Of a stretch of DNA of 64,000 nucleotides, positions 1-54,100 are shown piece by piece. The notes below the pieces were generated by a model. It searched no databases. It was not told the origin of the DNA and worked only from the letters and a program-made list of their open reading frames with translations. Origin of the DNA: Lingula anatina. Its lineage: Eukaryota > Animalia > Brachiopoda. The stretch is taken from assembly GCA_051362555.1 (NCBI GenBank), contig CM120640.1:9548001-9612000 (forward strand). Direction: 5' to 3'. Each line of letters opens with the position of its first letter. The first letter of the stretch is position 1. The translations under genes and the position numbers were made by a program.

Positions 1-578
1 TTTTCATCTCATGTTAACAATACATGCTACATCCTTCTACATACATGTAGATGCAGTATACAATGCAAATTCAAAGCAGTTAAGTTTGTATGGGAAATTT
101 AGGTTAAAAGGATTGATTTTGTGTAAATTTTGATTTATGGGATAGAATTGAGAAAGAACACAACTTTTGTTTTATATCAATAAACACTCTTTGAGTTGAT
201 ATTTTTCAGAAGAATTGGCTAATTAATATCCATTGGTTTCAGCTTCTTATTATTCCATGATCTGCGGACTGGTCAATGACATGTTGCAGCATTTTAACAG
301 TATATAAATGCCTTTAACAGAAATAGGAAGTCAGTCAACTTAACGAATTTCATCAGATAAGATTTCAAGGCAACATGCAGTTCGTGGTAGTACATTACCA
401 GGCGTAAAAATCGCTATTTTAAAGAAACCTCATTAGAGCAGTTTCTAAGTGTCCATGGAATGGTATTGACTTGCAAACCTGATAGTTGGAAAAGAAATGT
501 TGTCATATATATTGATTTAAGAAAATGATCCATGAAGTCTTACAGTGTAGTTCATCATCAAATTTATCTGAGACATGC

Positions 579-1320
579 TTTTTATGTACAGACACAGATG
601 TGTCTGTATATATAGCCGTCACCTGCGTCTGTTGTTGCCCCTGCTGTTGCCGTCGTGCTTTTTGGTGTGCACTTTCACCCTAATAACATGATAAGTGGAA
701 AACCATTTGCTTTAAACTTACAGAACTGATGAATATTCATCAAGTCCAAAAATCAGCATAATTGGGTCATTCTTTCAAAATTTATGCTGTTTTTGCTTTT
801 TTTTTTCAGCATATGTGCAACACCGATAACATGATAAGTGAAATAACATTTTACCTTTTGGCTTAAAACTTACAGAACTCATGAATATTTATAAAATGCA
901 GGTCAAATTCGAAAATCAGAATGATTGGGCCACTTTTTCCAAAGGTAATGCCTATTTTGCATCAAAATAGACAAAAAACTTTTTAGTGCACTGTCACCAC
1001 AAACGTTATAAAAAGAAAACTGTGTTACATATTATATTTTTAGCATTTCAAGAATGATTCTTAGGTTTGACATATACAACTGAAATTAGAAAACCAGCTG
1101 GATTATTATTTTTTATTGAATTTATGCAATTTTTTTTCGTGAAATTTTCATTTTTCTCATTCTGATCGTGAACTATTACCAGTTGTGCATAATTAAAATT
1201 TGATGTTGACTGTACAGTAAAGCATAATGTATTATTGCATCAGAATTGACAGTATCATGTTTTATGCATTATTATTTTCTGCTTTTTGTCTGTACATTTG
1301 ACAGCTTTGCTGCCTTGTTT
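579..1320 (+). mobile_element. Non-autonomous Helentron-associated element (HINE/DINE-1-like), family A, short copy
   Basis: 5' TTTTTATGTACAGACAcagaTGTGTCTGTA stem, GCC/GTC-rich microsatellite, degenerate 161-bp units, 3' TGTCTGTACAT + acagc-ttt-gctg hairpin + CTTGTT; T-rich insertion site, no TSD. Confidence 0.8.
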
Positions 1321-3050
1321 CCAGTATAAAATCCAAGCACAACAGTCATATATTGTATTTACATTTGCAGATGTATACACATTTCTAAGAAAGTTAAGGC
1401 CAGTGACTGCAATTATATTATTTTTGCCATAAAATCCTTCACTCTGTGCCAGATTATCTGCAAATTAGTGAACATGTCTTTGCTTTTGAATCTAAAACAT
1501 GTCATAATTGAAGATAATGTATCAACTTTATACATTAACGAGTACATTTATCATAGGAAGGACAAGTTAAATGCAGGAAAGCTGATTACTGTAGCGACTT
1601 TATTGTCCATTCATTCCTTTTTATTCTATCCTAATTTTCTTTCTTTTTCCACTTTTTTTTGTATATACTGACTTCGTAGATATATATGTTGCTCTATGCA
1701 CTTTGCCTCCTTTTTAGTCTCTTTTAAATTAACATTGGTAAAATAAATATCCTCATAGCACCAAGTATTTAACAGCTTGCTGTTTTTTTTAATACTGTGA
1801 TATGTTAGATATGTATGTTACATCCTTTTCATTGACAGCTTCAGTTGTATTTGTTTTTATATTCTTAATGATTTTGACTGAAGATTCCATTTGTTTTTAG
1901 GTGTCATTCTTTTGTTAATGACATATAAGAAACAAAATCTACATGCTTTTAGAGCTGTTGTGTATAGGCAATCTAGTTGATTTGATTAATATGATTAAAT
2001 TCTATAGCCTGCCCTGCTTAAAAAATAATTATTTAGGCTGATAGTTGACAGAATTTCCTGTGTATTTGAAAAAAAGAAATTTGTGCAATTTGTGATGAAT
2101 GATTCATCTGGCTGGTGTAAACAGGACATGGGCTACCTAATTATATTTCATTAGCTTCAGGCCCATCGAATGCAAGCTTTTTCATTTTCAATTCTCCATT
2201 ATGTACGCTGTCCCTCAGCAGCCTATTTGATTGAACTTTATATCACCAATCCCAAATATGCATTCGGTTTTACAGATTTCATGGTTCCTTAGCAAACCAC
2301 TTGATATATAATTAACCCGATACAGTACGTGGTTTACCTTATCTAGATTTTGAAAAAAAAAAGCTATTCTATATTGATGTGTTATACTTACACCAACAGT
2401 ATTGTGAGTGATAGATCATCCTGTTTTATTGATTTCTGTCTCTTTTATTTTCTGACTTTGTAGCAATTTATCCTGTTCGCTGAACACAGAATAAATAACT
2501 CATGGTCCTGTAATGAGGCAGCACTATATTGATTATTTATTATTGATACTGTAGCAGTGGATAAACTACTCATTTTCAGTCAAATTAAGATGGGTAATTG
2601 ATTTGAACATTTGATGTAGATTGGTGAACACATAAAAATGGGTTATGGACCTCCAGATAAAGGAAGATTAAAGACTAGAGGATGCATTGAGTTATCATTT
2701 ATGTCCACTTTGGTTTGATTTAGTGTCACAATATTACATTGATGTTTTTTTATCAAGGAGTTAGATGGTATGAGGTCCTTAATTTATTCTTTATTGCACT
2801 GTGGAGTAAAACATGTATACAGGGCATTCTGAAAAAATACAGGAAAATTCTGTTCAGTAGTTTTTCCCCCATTGAAAACTGCTTTCTAAGTTCTCTTTAT
2901 TAATTATAAAGAAAAACGATTGCCAACAACAAACACTGAAGGTTTAGTCAGATTTTTCATCTTTTGAAAAGAAGGCAGTTACAAATAGCTTTACTTTTAG
3001 CCTTGGTATTGAACCAATTACAAGGAAATGTCACAGCCAAATTAAGCATA

Positions 3051-3182
3051 TTCTTAAAAACCATATTTATGTTGAATATCTGTAACTGTTGACATGGATT
3101 TATTTACCTTTTATTTACCTTTCTTAAAAACCATATTTATAGTGAATATCTGTAACTGTTGACATGGATTTATTTACCTTTT
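3051..3182 (+). repeat. 70-bp direct tandem duplication upstream of an exon acceptor
   Basis: ttcttaaaaaccatatttat..gaatatctgtaactgttgacatggatttatttaccttt at 3051 and 3121. Confidence 0.9.
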
Positions 3183-3202
3183 AAATCACACATTATTTTC
3201 AG

Positions 3203-42838
<39,636 letters not shown>

Positions 42839-45114
42839 ATGCAAACAATTAACAGTGATTCATCTTCAGATTTACATTAAAATTGCCAAGCTGCCTGTCT
42901 TCTGGTTGACTAAAATGCTGGTTTTAGGGCCTAGGTGGCAGCACAAGTCTCCTCTGCTGGTATCTGGGCAGAAATAAGCAGTCTGTGAAATAAGCAAGAA
43001 ATAAGCAGTCTGTGCCGAGTTGACACCATTTTAAAATATACATATGGTGCTAATTAGGCCATTGCTGTCACATGACATCTTTTGCCACAGTTCATTTTCT
43101 TTCGAGTGATGAAAAGTAGAATATCTCTTTATCTTTTGGTAGATTTATCAATTTTGTGAAAAACTGTACTAGACCTGCTAGCTGACACCTGACAGTGATA
43201 CTTATATGAAAGTAATGTAACTGATAAATGTAATATGCAAAAATATAATGAAAATGTGTATTAGTTAAAACCCTCCGATATCTATAGTGTGGATTATGCT
43301 TTCTTTATTGTATACAATAATTACAATGTACCTTTATCTTTTCTCAGTGATTGACATTTATTTAAAAAATCAAGATGGGTATTTTGGGTATATACTTCGT
43401 ATTTATCTATTTATTTGATTTTTATTGACTTTTTGAATTCAACATATTAGTTAAAGAATAATATCTATTATGATTATTCCAGAAATAATATCTATAAGCA
43501 AAAATGATTTAAACACATTTGTACCTACAACTGTTCTATTTGCATGCAAAGTTTAAAAACCTACATAACAAATGTCAACATCTCTATTTCAAATGAGGTT
43601 TACATGGTCTCAAAACATGTTAGGAATTTGAAAGGGAGTACTTCTCACTGTCTTCTAGTATGGAAAGGAGACTATTCCATCTCATTGGTTAAACATAATC
43701 TGAAAGCATTAAACGGCTGTATGTAGTAATGAGGGTTGATCTATCTGCAATGTGAACAAGGCTTCAGTTTTGGATCCTCATGATGTATGGTACATGCTAG
43801 GTTTAATGTTACCAAATTCACAGCCATATTTCAGAATGCCCACAAGTGAGATTTTGCTATGGACCAAATCCGGATCAGTCCAACCACAGTCTTGAAGCCG
43901 TTTTGTTGCAAAAGGGCAGGGTACTTAGTTATGTGGATGCAAATGGAAACCCAGGGCACCTATTACTTACATATGCATTGCAGTGATTACTGTATTCTTA
44001 AATTGTCAAGTATAATACTCAGATCTTTTTGGTCCTTTTTGTCATTTCACACATAATTATAACCTTGGCTGCATGTGGACTTATTACTCAAGTCAATATG
44101 TGTTGTTGTGACCTTTTGCCTCCATCTAGCAAAACATTAATTCTTGCTTTAAAATAGCTGTTGAAGTTGGCTTTAACCCATTCTATGTTTTCCCTTATTG
44201 AATTAAGTAACATATCTGTTCCCTTATATGGAATTTTGTAATATATGTATGCACTTTTCACAAATATATCATCAGACCAAAACATTGCTGTAGCATTTAA
44301 TTTTTTGTAGACTTTCTAAAAAACTTTGACAGAAGGTATTACATCTTTTTATTGTATAAATTTTCAGTGCTCTTCTGTCTCTCTGTACATTTGTCAGATT
44401 TGCTGTTCAGATTTGTTTCTCCCATCTCATATAATACATACATTCTATTTATGGAAATAGCTATGTACCTTTCTTCATTGTTGTATTGAAAAAACTAAAT
44501 AATGATTTTGAAATACATTTTAGGATTATATCTGGATTAGAATATTGTTTGCCACATCCATTTTAGAGTGGAATATGATTGAATTGCTCTACTAATTGCA
44601 GAAGATATTTGATGCTTCTGCTACCACTATTTAGTTTCGGCTATAAAGCTTTGACAATTCCAATTTTAAGATAACTTTGTGAGTGCCATGCAGGCCCTAG
44701 AAAAGTTTTTAACAATTTGATTTAAATTGGGGATGGTGCAATATGTGTATATATTTGGTGTTTGAATTATTTATTTTTCATTTGATCTCAGTTTTGGCAG
44801 CTTTTTCTAAGCTGAACTTATTAAGTTGTACTTAGATTTTAAGTCTTAGTTCTGATATTATTAGAGACTGTTAGTGGACATTTTTTGTTGACATGTTAAG
44901 AGGATATTTTAGCAATTTGAATACGCCTGTCAGTTTTCTTTTCTTACTTAGATCAACGTTATTCTTTGAACTGGTTTTGATTTAATACATGTTACTGTGA
45001 TAATTTCCTTGCACTTTTACTGTTGATATCCAAAAAAGTGTATGAAATGTAATAATTACTATGAATGTTTGTAGTCCAAATCATTCCTTGATGTTATTTC
45101 ACTTGAGAGTCTTA

Positions 45115-45120
45115 AATAAA
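45115..45120 (+). promoter_or_regulatory. Putative polyadenylation signal of otoferlin
   Basis: AATAAA followed about 20-60 nt later by a GT/T-rich downstream element (tttgttttagggtatgttttgattgtatgttattgttt). Confidence 0.5.
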
Positions 45121-45231
45121 TCACAAAGAAGATTTTCAGACTTTGTTTTAGGGTATGTTTTGATTGTATGTTATTGTTTATGAAAATGTGTGAGAGAGAA
45201 ATACCAAAGTAATTTTTGAACTACTAGTTCT

Positions 45232-47250
45232 AAACAAGGCAGCAAAGCTGTCAAATGTACAGACAAAGAACAGAAAATAAGATGCAAATAAGTGAAAAAT
45301 TAAATTTTCACAAAAAACTGTTAAATTGCCAGAAAAATTAACAAACAGACTGCATTGCCTACTGAAGCTATATTTTAGTACCATGTTTCTTTCCTGTAAG
45401 TCTGAGAACAGTAAGTGACATGATTTCCCTTAAATGGTCATCATAGGAGCAGTGCCCAAAATAGGGGTTTCTTCAAATTTTGATGCAACATTACATAATA
45501 TTTAACAGCATAATGACAATCAAATGTTATTAATAAAATATTAGTAACATGGACATTCAGAAAATGTGACAAGCAAAAGTCTTCAAGATCATGGAACTTT
45601 AAAGTCACACCTTGAAAATGCCAATATGTGAAAAATTAAAATTTCACAAAAAACTGTTTAACTGCCCAAAAAAAAAAAAAAAAAAAAAAAAAAACCAAAC
45701 AGACTGCATTGCCTACTGAAGCTGTATTTTAGTCCCATGTTTCTTTCCTGTAAGTTTGAGAACAGTAAGTGACATGATTTTCCTTAAATGGTCATCATGG
45801 AAGCAGTGCCCAAAATAGGGGTTTCTTCAAATTTTGATGCAATATTACATAATGTTTAACAGCTTAATGACCATCAATTTTTAATTATAAAATATTTGTA
45901 TCAAAGATATTCAGAAAATGTGACTAGCAAAGGTCTTCAGGCCAATGGAACTTCAAAGTCACGCCTTGAAAATGCCAAAATGTAAACAAGACAGCACTGT
46001 TCTGAAATGGGTTTATTTCCATTTTTAACACTTTTTTAACATAAAACAAAATAAACATTTTACTGCCATTTTTATATGACCAACTAAGAAAATTGATGAG
46101 ATGGGAAAAGTATCAATAGAACAGTGTTAAATGTCCAATTTCCTCCATTCTGAGATTCTGAACATAGTGGATGATTGAATCTGACAAACTGCAATGATAT
46201 GAGTTTATTTCCATTTTTGACACTTTATTACACAATACATGATAACAAGTTTACCATGTTTTTTACATAATCAACTAACAATGTTGTAAAAATGCAGGAA
46301 ATATCAAACAAACACTTTTCGGCATCTTATTAGTTAAATAATGAGACTGTTAACATGCCTAATAATTGAATCTGAGGAAATGTGAAAAAAACAGTATAAC
46401 TTCTAAAATAATGGCCCGATTATGCTGATTTTCGAACTCAACCTGCGTTTTAGTAAGATTGACCACTCCTGTGAGTATAATTACAATTGGCCAATCCGTT
46501 TTTCTTATATTGTGTTATCAGTGTTGCATTTATATTGAAAACAGTGAAAAAACAGCATAAATTCCCTCAAAATGGCCCAAATATGCTGATTTTCGAACTT
46601 GACCTGCGTATTATGAATATTCATCAGTTCTGTAAGTTTCAAGTCAAAAGGTAAAATGGTTTTCCACTTATCGTGTTATCGGTGCTGCATATATGCTGAA
46701 AAAAGTGAAAAAACAGCATAAATTACCTAAAAGTGACCCGATCATGCTGATTTTCGAACTTGACCTGCGTATTATGAATATTCATCAGTTCTGTAAGTTT
46801 CAAGTCAAAAGGTAAAATGGTTTTCCACTTATCGTGTTATCGGTGCTGCATATATGCTGAAAAAAGTGAAAAAACAGCATAAATTCCCTAAAAGTGACCC
46901 GATCATGCTGATTTTCTAACTTGACCTGCGTATTATGAATATTCATCAGTTCTGCAAGTTTCAAGTCAAAAGGTAAAATGGTTTTCCACTTATCGTGTTA
47001 TCGGTGCTGCATATATGCTGAAAAAAGTGAAAAAACAGCATAAATTCCCTAAAAGTGACCCGATCATGCTGATTTTCGAACTTGACCTGCGTATTATGAA
47101 TATTCATCAGTTCTGCAAGTTTCAAGTCAAAAGGTAAAATGGTTTTCCACTTATCGTGTTATCGGTAAAAGTGCACGGCGACGGCGACGGCGACGACAGA
47201 CGCAGATGATGGCTATATGTACAGACACATCTGTGTCTGTACATAAAAAA
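45232..47250 (-). mobile_element. HINE family A full-length copy (about 2 kb), intergenic
   Basis: aacaaggcagcaaagctgtcaaatgtacagaca at left, gtacagacacatctgtgtctgtacataaaaa at right; 161-bp array (ggtgctgcat at 46681, 46842, 47003) and ~356-bp repeats. Confidence 0.88.
46380..47170 (-). repeat. 161-bp tandem repeat array inside HINE
   Basis: About 4-5 units, period 161. Confidence 0.9.
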
Positions 47251-47306
47251 AAAAATACAAATATGTGAGCAATGGTAAATCGTTTCTTTAAGTTATCTCA
47301 TAATGT

Positions 47307-47312
47307 TTTATT
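47307..47312 (-). promoter_or_regulatory. Putative polyadenylation signal of EFR3
   Basis: tttatt on + (AATAAA on -) about 840 nt past the stop, with T-rich sequence downstream on the minus strand. Confidence 0.4.
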
Positions 47313-48145
47313 GCATTTTTTTACTGAAAAAAGTACCTCCAGATTTCTATCATTCATAATTCCTAGACAAATAATTTAAAGCAATTATTTAAAGTAACAA
47401 TAATAGGCAATAACAAAATTACATTACAGACATTTCCCCTCTTATTTGTAACCAATACTGATCTATACATGCCCAAAGAATAAACATTGATTTTAAAGAG
47501 AACAAATTATCACTGTAGTACAGGTAACAAACTCTTCCACAAACTATTCCAAAATTGAAAAGACAGAAAAGTGTATATATGTCTTACTTCAAATTAAAAA
47601 AAAAAAAAAAAGAACAGTAAAAAAGCATGTTTTAAACCTTTCTATAAATTTGTGCTGTACTGAACATACAGTAATGATAACAGTGAAGTGGATCATAAGG
47701 CGACAGCAAAGTCTCCAATATCATGAATAACCTGAAAGCTTTAGGCACATCTGAAAATTAAACATCTGCCAATGGCAGACAGAGAAAAAAATTAATGAAT
47801 GATATTTCTGCACTTAATCAATTTCTTCCTAAAAATTCAGCATCAGTAGCTGTATCACTTCTCAAAACCTTTACATTTATCATTCTAGGATCTTTTTTCT
47901 TATTCAATATCCATAGTTCTAAAACAGTAATGTTCATTGTTCAGTCTTCTACTACACACAGTATCATTCTGGTATTCTACAAACCTTTCATTATAAGAAC
48001 CGCACATTTTCTGTCTTTTTACATCCCCCCACACAAGCTGGCATACATTTCCTTTTGATAAATAAATTCATTCATTAACATTGTTCCTACATGCTCCTTA
48101 GTTTACATGCAACTTCCTTCATTTGTAAGTTGATAAAAGTGTTGC

Positions 48146-51100
48146 TCAGTACACATACAAGTCTGGGAACTGCATATCAAATACTGCCGTTGTCTGATGT
48201 TGAGGAGCATTGTCTTTATTTTCATCTGATATTGTTGTAAGGATCTCACTCAGCTTGTTCTGGAACACCATGGACTAGAATGGGAAATGTTCAGTATGAG
48301 TGATATTGTTTAGGTATACTACTGTTAAAACTAGTAAGCTATCTAAGTCACCAGAGAGTATTTTAATTACCAGTTTTTTTAAATCATATTTATGCAAGAA
48401 ATATATTTCTTATTACATAGATTTAAAGGTGGCAATTGGTTTTTCCAGGATTATATGCTCACCTTTTAAAACTCACAATACAAAATACAACTATAAGATA
48501 AATAATTATGGGGTGAAAAAGAATAGTAATGACAAATATTTATCATAAATTAAAACTTAACAAGAATTCACTTGTTCATGCAACTGAATCTTTTAAACAG
48601 ATATGTTTAAAGCTTGCTGGCATTATTAGACATGTAGCAAATAAATCACTAGTGAATCATCAGCTTTTATCTTTACTATTATTATCTACATAAAATGTGA
48701 TAACTGGAGATTTCCTTGAGATGGCAATAAACTCTTACTTCTGCATCAATCTTGGCCACAATTTGCTCAAATGGAGCTGTTTGAAATTTCTCTAGGATTG
48801 CCTTCTGTTTCATCTCCTGGGACCTCTTCCTCTCTACATCATCCTCAGCTGAAATGACAAAGCAGAACAATAAACAAATGAAATCAAACAGATGAAATAT
48901 GGTAGATTTAAAGCCTACATTGATAAGATCCAATGTTACATAAACTTTTGAATTTGATAGCCTAGGCCTGGTCTGATCCAAGTATAAATTCCTGCAGCTG
49001 TCTTTGGGCGTGTTCACAATAAAACTATTTTATAATCCAGTGAATTATATCATAGACATGATTCCCTGTATGGACTAACTCTGCAAGAATCATAGTCTGA
49101 TTAACACCTAGTGTGATAGTTTCATTAAGAACACACGCTATTACAGTAATCAAGATGGTCTCTGCACAATGCCCACAGACACTTACTGATTATCTTCTTG
49201 AGAGATTCAAATGTGATGTCCTCTTGGGCCTGACCTCTCTGTTAATATGAAAAGATGAAATATTCAATAAATTTTCTTATGATTTCTACCAATACAAAAC
49301 ATCTTTTTTAAAGTTCACGGTTTTAAAAGATCTCAAAAATTACTCTTTTTTCATATTTAAATAAGAAATTAATACATTTTTAATGTAAATCAATACCACA
49401 GTGTTTTATGTACTGTATAGTATATTATAGCAAGGACCTTGATTATAGTTGCATGAAAATTTGAATAAATTTTTCATGACTGTGAAGTTTTTCTGTGCAG
49501 ATGGCAAAATTACAAAGAGAATGCACTTCACATCAGACATCTAACACCCTTGTGAATAGATATGCAGACAGTAGTCATCAAAACTTTCCTAGTTTTAATA
49601 ATTCAGTAAATAGCCTCTGTGACAGTTGTGTGGTGATGTACTTTATATGAAAACCATGCTGACAAAAAACTTGGCAGGAACCTACCTGTCCCATGAGTGG
49701 TGTCTGAGAAGATGAGGAGGAGTCTATAGACAGGGTGATGGAGTGAATGTCACTGGTACTGTGAGCCATATCTACCTCATCTGAAACAAGTGTAAAAACA
49801 GGCCAATGGACCCCATAACTATCTCAAAGATAGCAAAGACACACAAGAACATGCAGACAGATTTATAATTTGCATTCCATTCTCATAAATAAATCATCAA
49901 ATCAAAAATTTATTTTGAAATTGGAAAAAAACTGAGACATGAATTTCAGCATGTTTGCAAAGCCAGTTAAATTTTGGCAAACAAAATGAGAATGCAATCT
50001 TCAGTGGGCATCATCTGAGAATAAGTGTAAAATCAAGTAAGATTTCATGGGATTTGAAGGACAGTTGTGCCAGAAATAATGGCAGACTAGCAAGTGCAGA
50101 GATGCCAAAAATAAAGCTAACAATTAATCCATAGATATTCTTTGGTCATTTTTTTAATGTTCTGCAAACCATTTTGCTTACTACTTTTGTTTGCTTTTCC
50201 CAGACAACATCCAAGCACAGTGTTTCATGTTTTGTATTGTTAACAGTTAACTCCACTTTAAGAGGATTTTTGCAGGTTTGGTTGTCAAAAACTGTCATCA
50301 GCTTCTTCCTATGCCATCTCGGATCATGCCCATTAAAAGTATTGTACAGAAAGACTATGGGAAGAAATCAAGACTTTGCTAATACAAGTCAAATACTAAT
50401 ATCACTGTTAATACCTACAGAAAATATTGCAGTAATTGCAACAAAATTTCTTCTGTCAGTTCATGTCAGTTAGAAAAAGACCAACAAACCAGGGTAGAAA
50501 AAACATTGTCCTTGGTGGTAAAGGGGAGAGGATATAAGAACTCACCCATACAACCCCCAATTTTCTTATCCCTATTGTTATTACTGTGTTATTACAGTAC
50601 TTGCATAATTGCATGCACAGGCAAGATACTGTTAAGAAAAAATAACTAATTCATAAAACATTTGTGGTTAAGTTTCAATAAATTCAAACAAAAACAAAAA
50701 GATGGTCATCTTTCCAGAAATGTTTTGTTAGTAATACTTCATAGAGATTATTTCAATTTTCCAAAAATTAAATGGGTTATGTCAGATCCAAAAATCAACT
50801 TTGGTGCAAGTTGGAAATTATTTTTGTGAGTGATAAAAATGAAAACTGAAAAAAAAAAGTAATTCCCATGAGCATATCTGAGTCATTCACCTTGTAGCCA
50901 AGATCCACTACTGGTTTCTGTAAGTTTAAATATTCATTACTAACATAGGTGTTTTATGTTTTATTTCATGTTGCAAGCATATTTTTTGGGGGGATATCAC
51001 TTTTGAGTGTTTTCTATATAGTTTTCATACCAAAATTACACTCAGATAAGCACAAAATTTTCATCAAATCTTAAAAGATCATAATTTACTTTGGCTGAAG

Positions 51101-54100
51101 CAAATTTATGTGTAATTTGATATTAAAGGTTTTATGACTTGAGCAGAAAAATGCAAGCATGAATTCAAGAACTATTTTAAAAATCTTATTACTCAAGCTA
51201 GGCTTTAAACCTTTTTTTGTACCTCTCAGCAAATAATACAATCTATCTAAAGCTGAAAATCAAAATTTTGTTACCTTTCAAGATGTTTGGTAAAGACACT
51301 TATTTTGAATAACTATTATGGTTAGAGCAATTACAATTTAGTGAGCAAAAGAGTAACATAATTCTAAAACTGCAAATTGAGATGAAATATATAATAAGAG
51401 ACTATTTTTATAATGGTTATCAATTTTAAAATTTTAAACAGCCTTAACAAAAATTAAAACACTACTAGAAACACTAAGAAGACTAATATATGTCTTCCAC
51501 TGCTAATGCATTCACTCTAATGGTTATCATTCAAATAATAAATTATCTTTCATTTAACGATTGAATCACCAAAAGGCATGTGGGTAATTTAACAAATAAA
51601 ATCTGAAAAGAAATAACCTAAGTAGCTGCCAAATGAAAAACTGACCAAATCACCAGCACCACATGACTCTGTTCTTGTCTTGTGTTATCTATCAAATATT
51701 CACAGGGTTGGATGTCATGCTAGAACATGCTATTACAAATCTTGTTTTAATCAGGCAACTTTTTCCATCAAATCAATGACAAATTGGCAAAAAATCAGAA
51801 CACCTTTTCTTAAATAACCCAAATAAACCTTACCTTTACCTTTTAATAAAATATTGTGTGTCAGCATGCACCTAAAGCTAGTCAGGTAAAACCAATTTAT
51901 AACATATACGCATGCAATATAACAAAAAAATGATAATAATAAGCGTGCAAAAAAGGAATCCCACCTGAATAAATGGACCCCTTAATGTGAATAACTATAA
52001 TGGTTAGGATAAATATGAACATAAAATAAAGTGTCTGAAAAACATTATGTTATAATATTTGCTTATTCAGTGCCTTCAGTAGATGTTACAACAGATTCAT
52101 CATTTCTGGGCTATGTTTTGGATATTAAATTTTGATTTTCAGCAATAATATAGTCTATTCCAGTTTTATATCTAGCGCCTATACTAGACAGAGATTTACC
52201 AGAACAGAAGTCTTTATGGTTGCTTTTAAAAATAAATTATTCTGCAAATCAAACCCTGTGATACTATAACATCTTATCAAAGGCACTGTTGTCTGAAACT
52301 TTATGCTGAATACAACTGTCTACTAGGGTCTTTAGGTTGGTCACATGCACCATGAACCCCAGTTTACCTGCAAACCAACTGTCCATGCGACCTGCATCGT
52401 GAAATACAAGAGATTGTGTTCACTGTTAAGTTTAGTTTAGTTTAGTACTAGATTTTATCTAAATTATCAAAAATCAAAACGAACTATATCAGCATTAGCT
52501 ATGAAAATTTAAAACTTCAGTTTATATATGCATTTCGCATATCTGCTGCACAGTTAGATCTCTGTCTTGAATTACTGAGCTGTTCACTATCTTAAACAAG
52601 GCAGCAAAGCTGTCAAATGTACAGACAAAAAACAGAAAATAAAGATGCAAAATAGGTCATTTTGTCAATTTTGATGCAATAATAAATAATGCTTATAATA
52701 GCACTGTCAGTCAACACTGAATTTTAATCATGCACAACAGGTAAAATGGTCAATAACATGAGCGGACCCAGAGATATTTTCTGACAGTATTCCAAAGTAT
52801 CTATTTTGATCCATCCTCCATTTTGATGGTCTTCCAACAGAAGAAAAAATAGATACCAGGCAATATAAACTTAATAACCTGACTGTCTTCCGGAAGTCCC
52901 AGAAGATGGTCTCAATCTACCCTTTCAATAAGATTACAGTTTCAGGACCATGAGAGTTCAAATTCACATGATGTAAGTCTTAATATTTGAAAAATGATGA
53001 CAGTGCATAAAATAATATTACATAAGTAACATAATGTTTAAAGACATAAAAAACAATACAACTGCTTATGTGGAAAAACAGAAATGTCAGAGTCTCAGGC
53101 GGATGAGAGTTTAAAGTCACAAATGCAAGTGTTTGAGAAAAAATTATAAAGGAAAACAACAAAACTAGAAAAGCACTCCGAGAGTGCAGACCTCTGCCAA
53201 GGTAGCAATTGTTGATTATTATTGATTTTTGTCCTCTTTGGCCCACTTCTGACAGTTCCTGAAAATTTCAGCAAAATCGGTCCATAACTTTTTGAGTTAT
53301 GTTGATGACAAACAGGGGTGAAAATATAACCTCCTTGGCAGAGGTAAATATAATTCCAATGAAGCTGCTATTCAAACTTTTAATCTTTCAGTTTGATATA
53401 TATATATATATATATAAAACTTATTTGCAATATTAAACAAAATTTACCTGCATAATTATCACTGCTTCCTTATTATTAATCTAGCAGAGAGCTTAACCTA
53501 TGGGAGTTTACAGGGAAATATCAACAAGTGTGCTTTATGTAATCTCAAATCACAAGTGTGCTTTATGTAGCCTATCAATTAGGCAAATTACTTTATAACT
53601 GAAATTAGCGAAGTGATACCCAAGGGAAATTTATAGACTGACCCTCTCAAAGGTCTTTCAGGCCCATAAGTCACAACTTAAGAAGAGCACAAAACAATAA
53701 TGCACAAAATAGGAGACTACCACTTCTGATGCAATAATACATTATGTTTAACTGCACAGTCAACATCAAATTTTAATTTTGCACAACAGGTAACACCGAT
53801 GAGAGTAAAAGCATAAGGCTTCAGGCCCATCAGAGTTCAAGTTTATACTTAGAAAGTGCCAGAATGAGAAAAATGAAATTTCACACAAAATTGCATTAAA
53901 TTCAATAATAAATGATAACCCAACTGACCTGGCTTTCTAATTTGAACTGCATGCCAATCCTAAAAATCATACTCTTAAGTTAAATATAATAATAAATAAC
54001 ACAGTTTTCTTTTCATAATGTTTGCAGTAGCAGTGCAAAAAGATTATTGTCAATTTTGATGTAACATTACATAATAAATTATAGAATAATTATCACCAAT

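Noticed and set aside
50546-50571. Fourth EFR3 microexon candidate with gtgagt donor
   Set aside because: 26 nt (or 38 nt), frameshifting, and adjacent to repeat-like sequence
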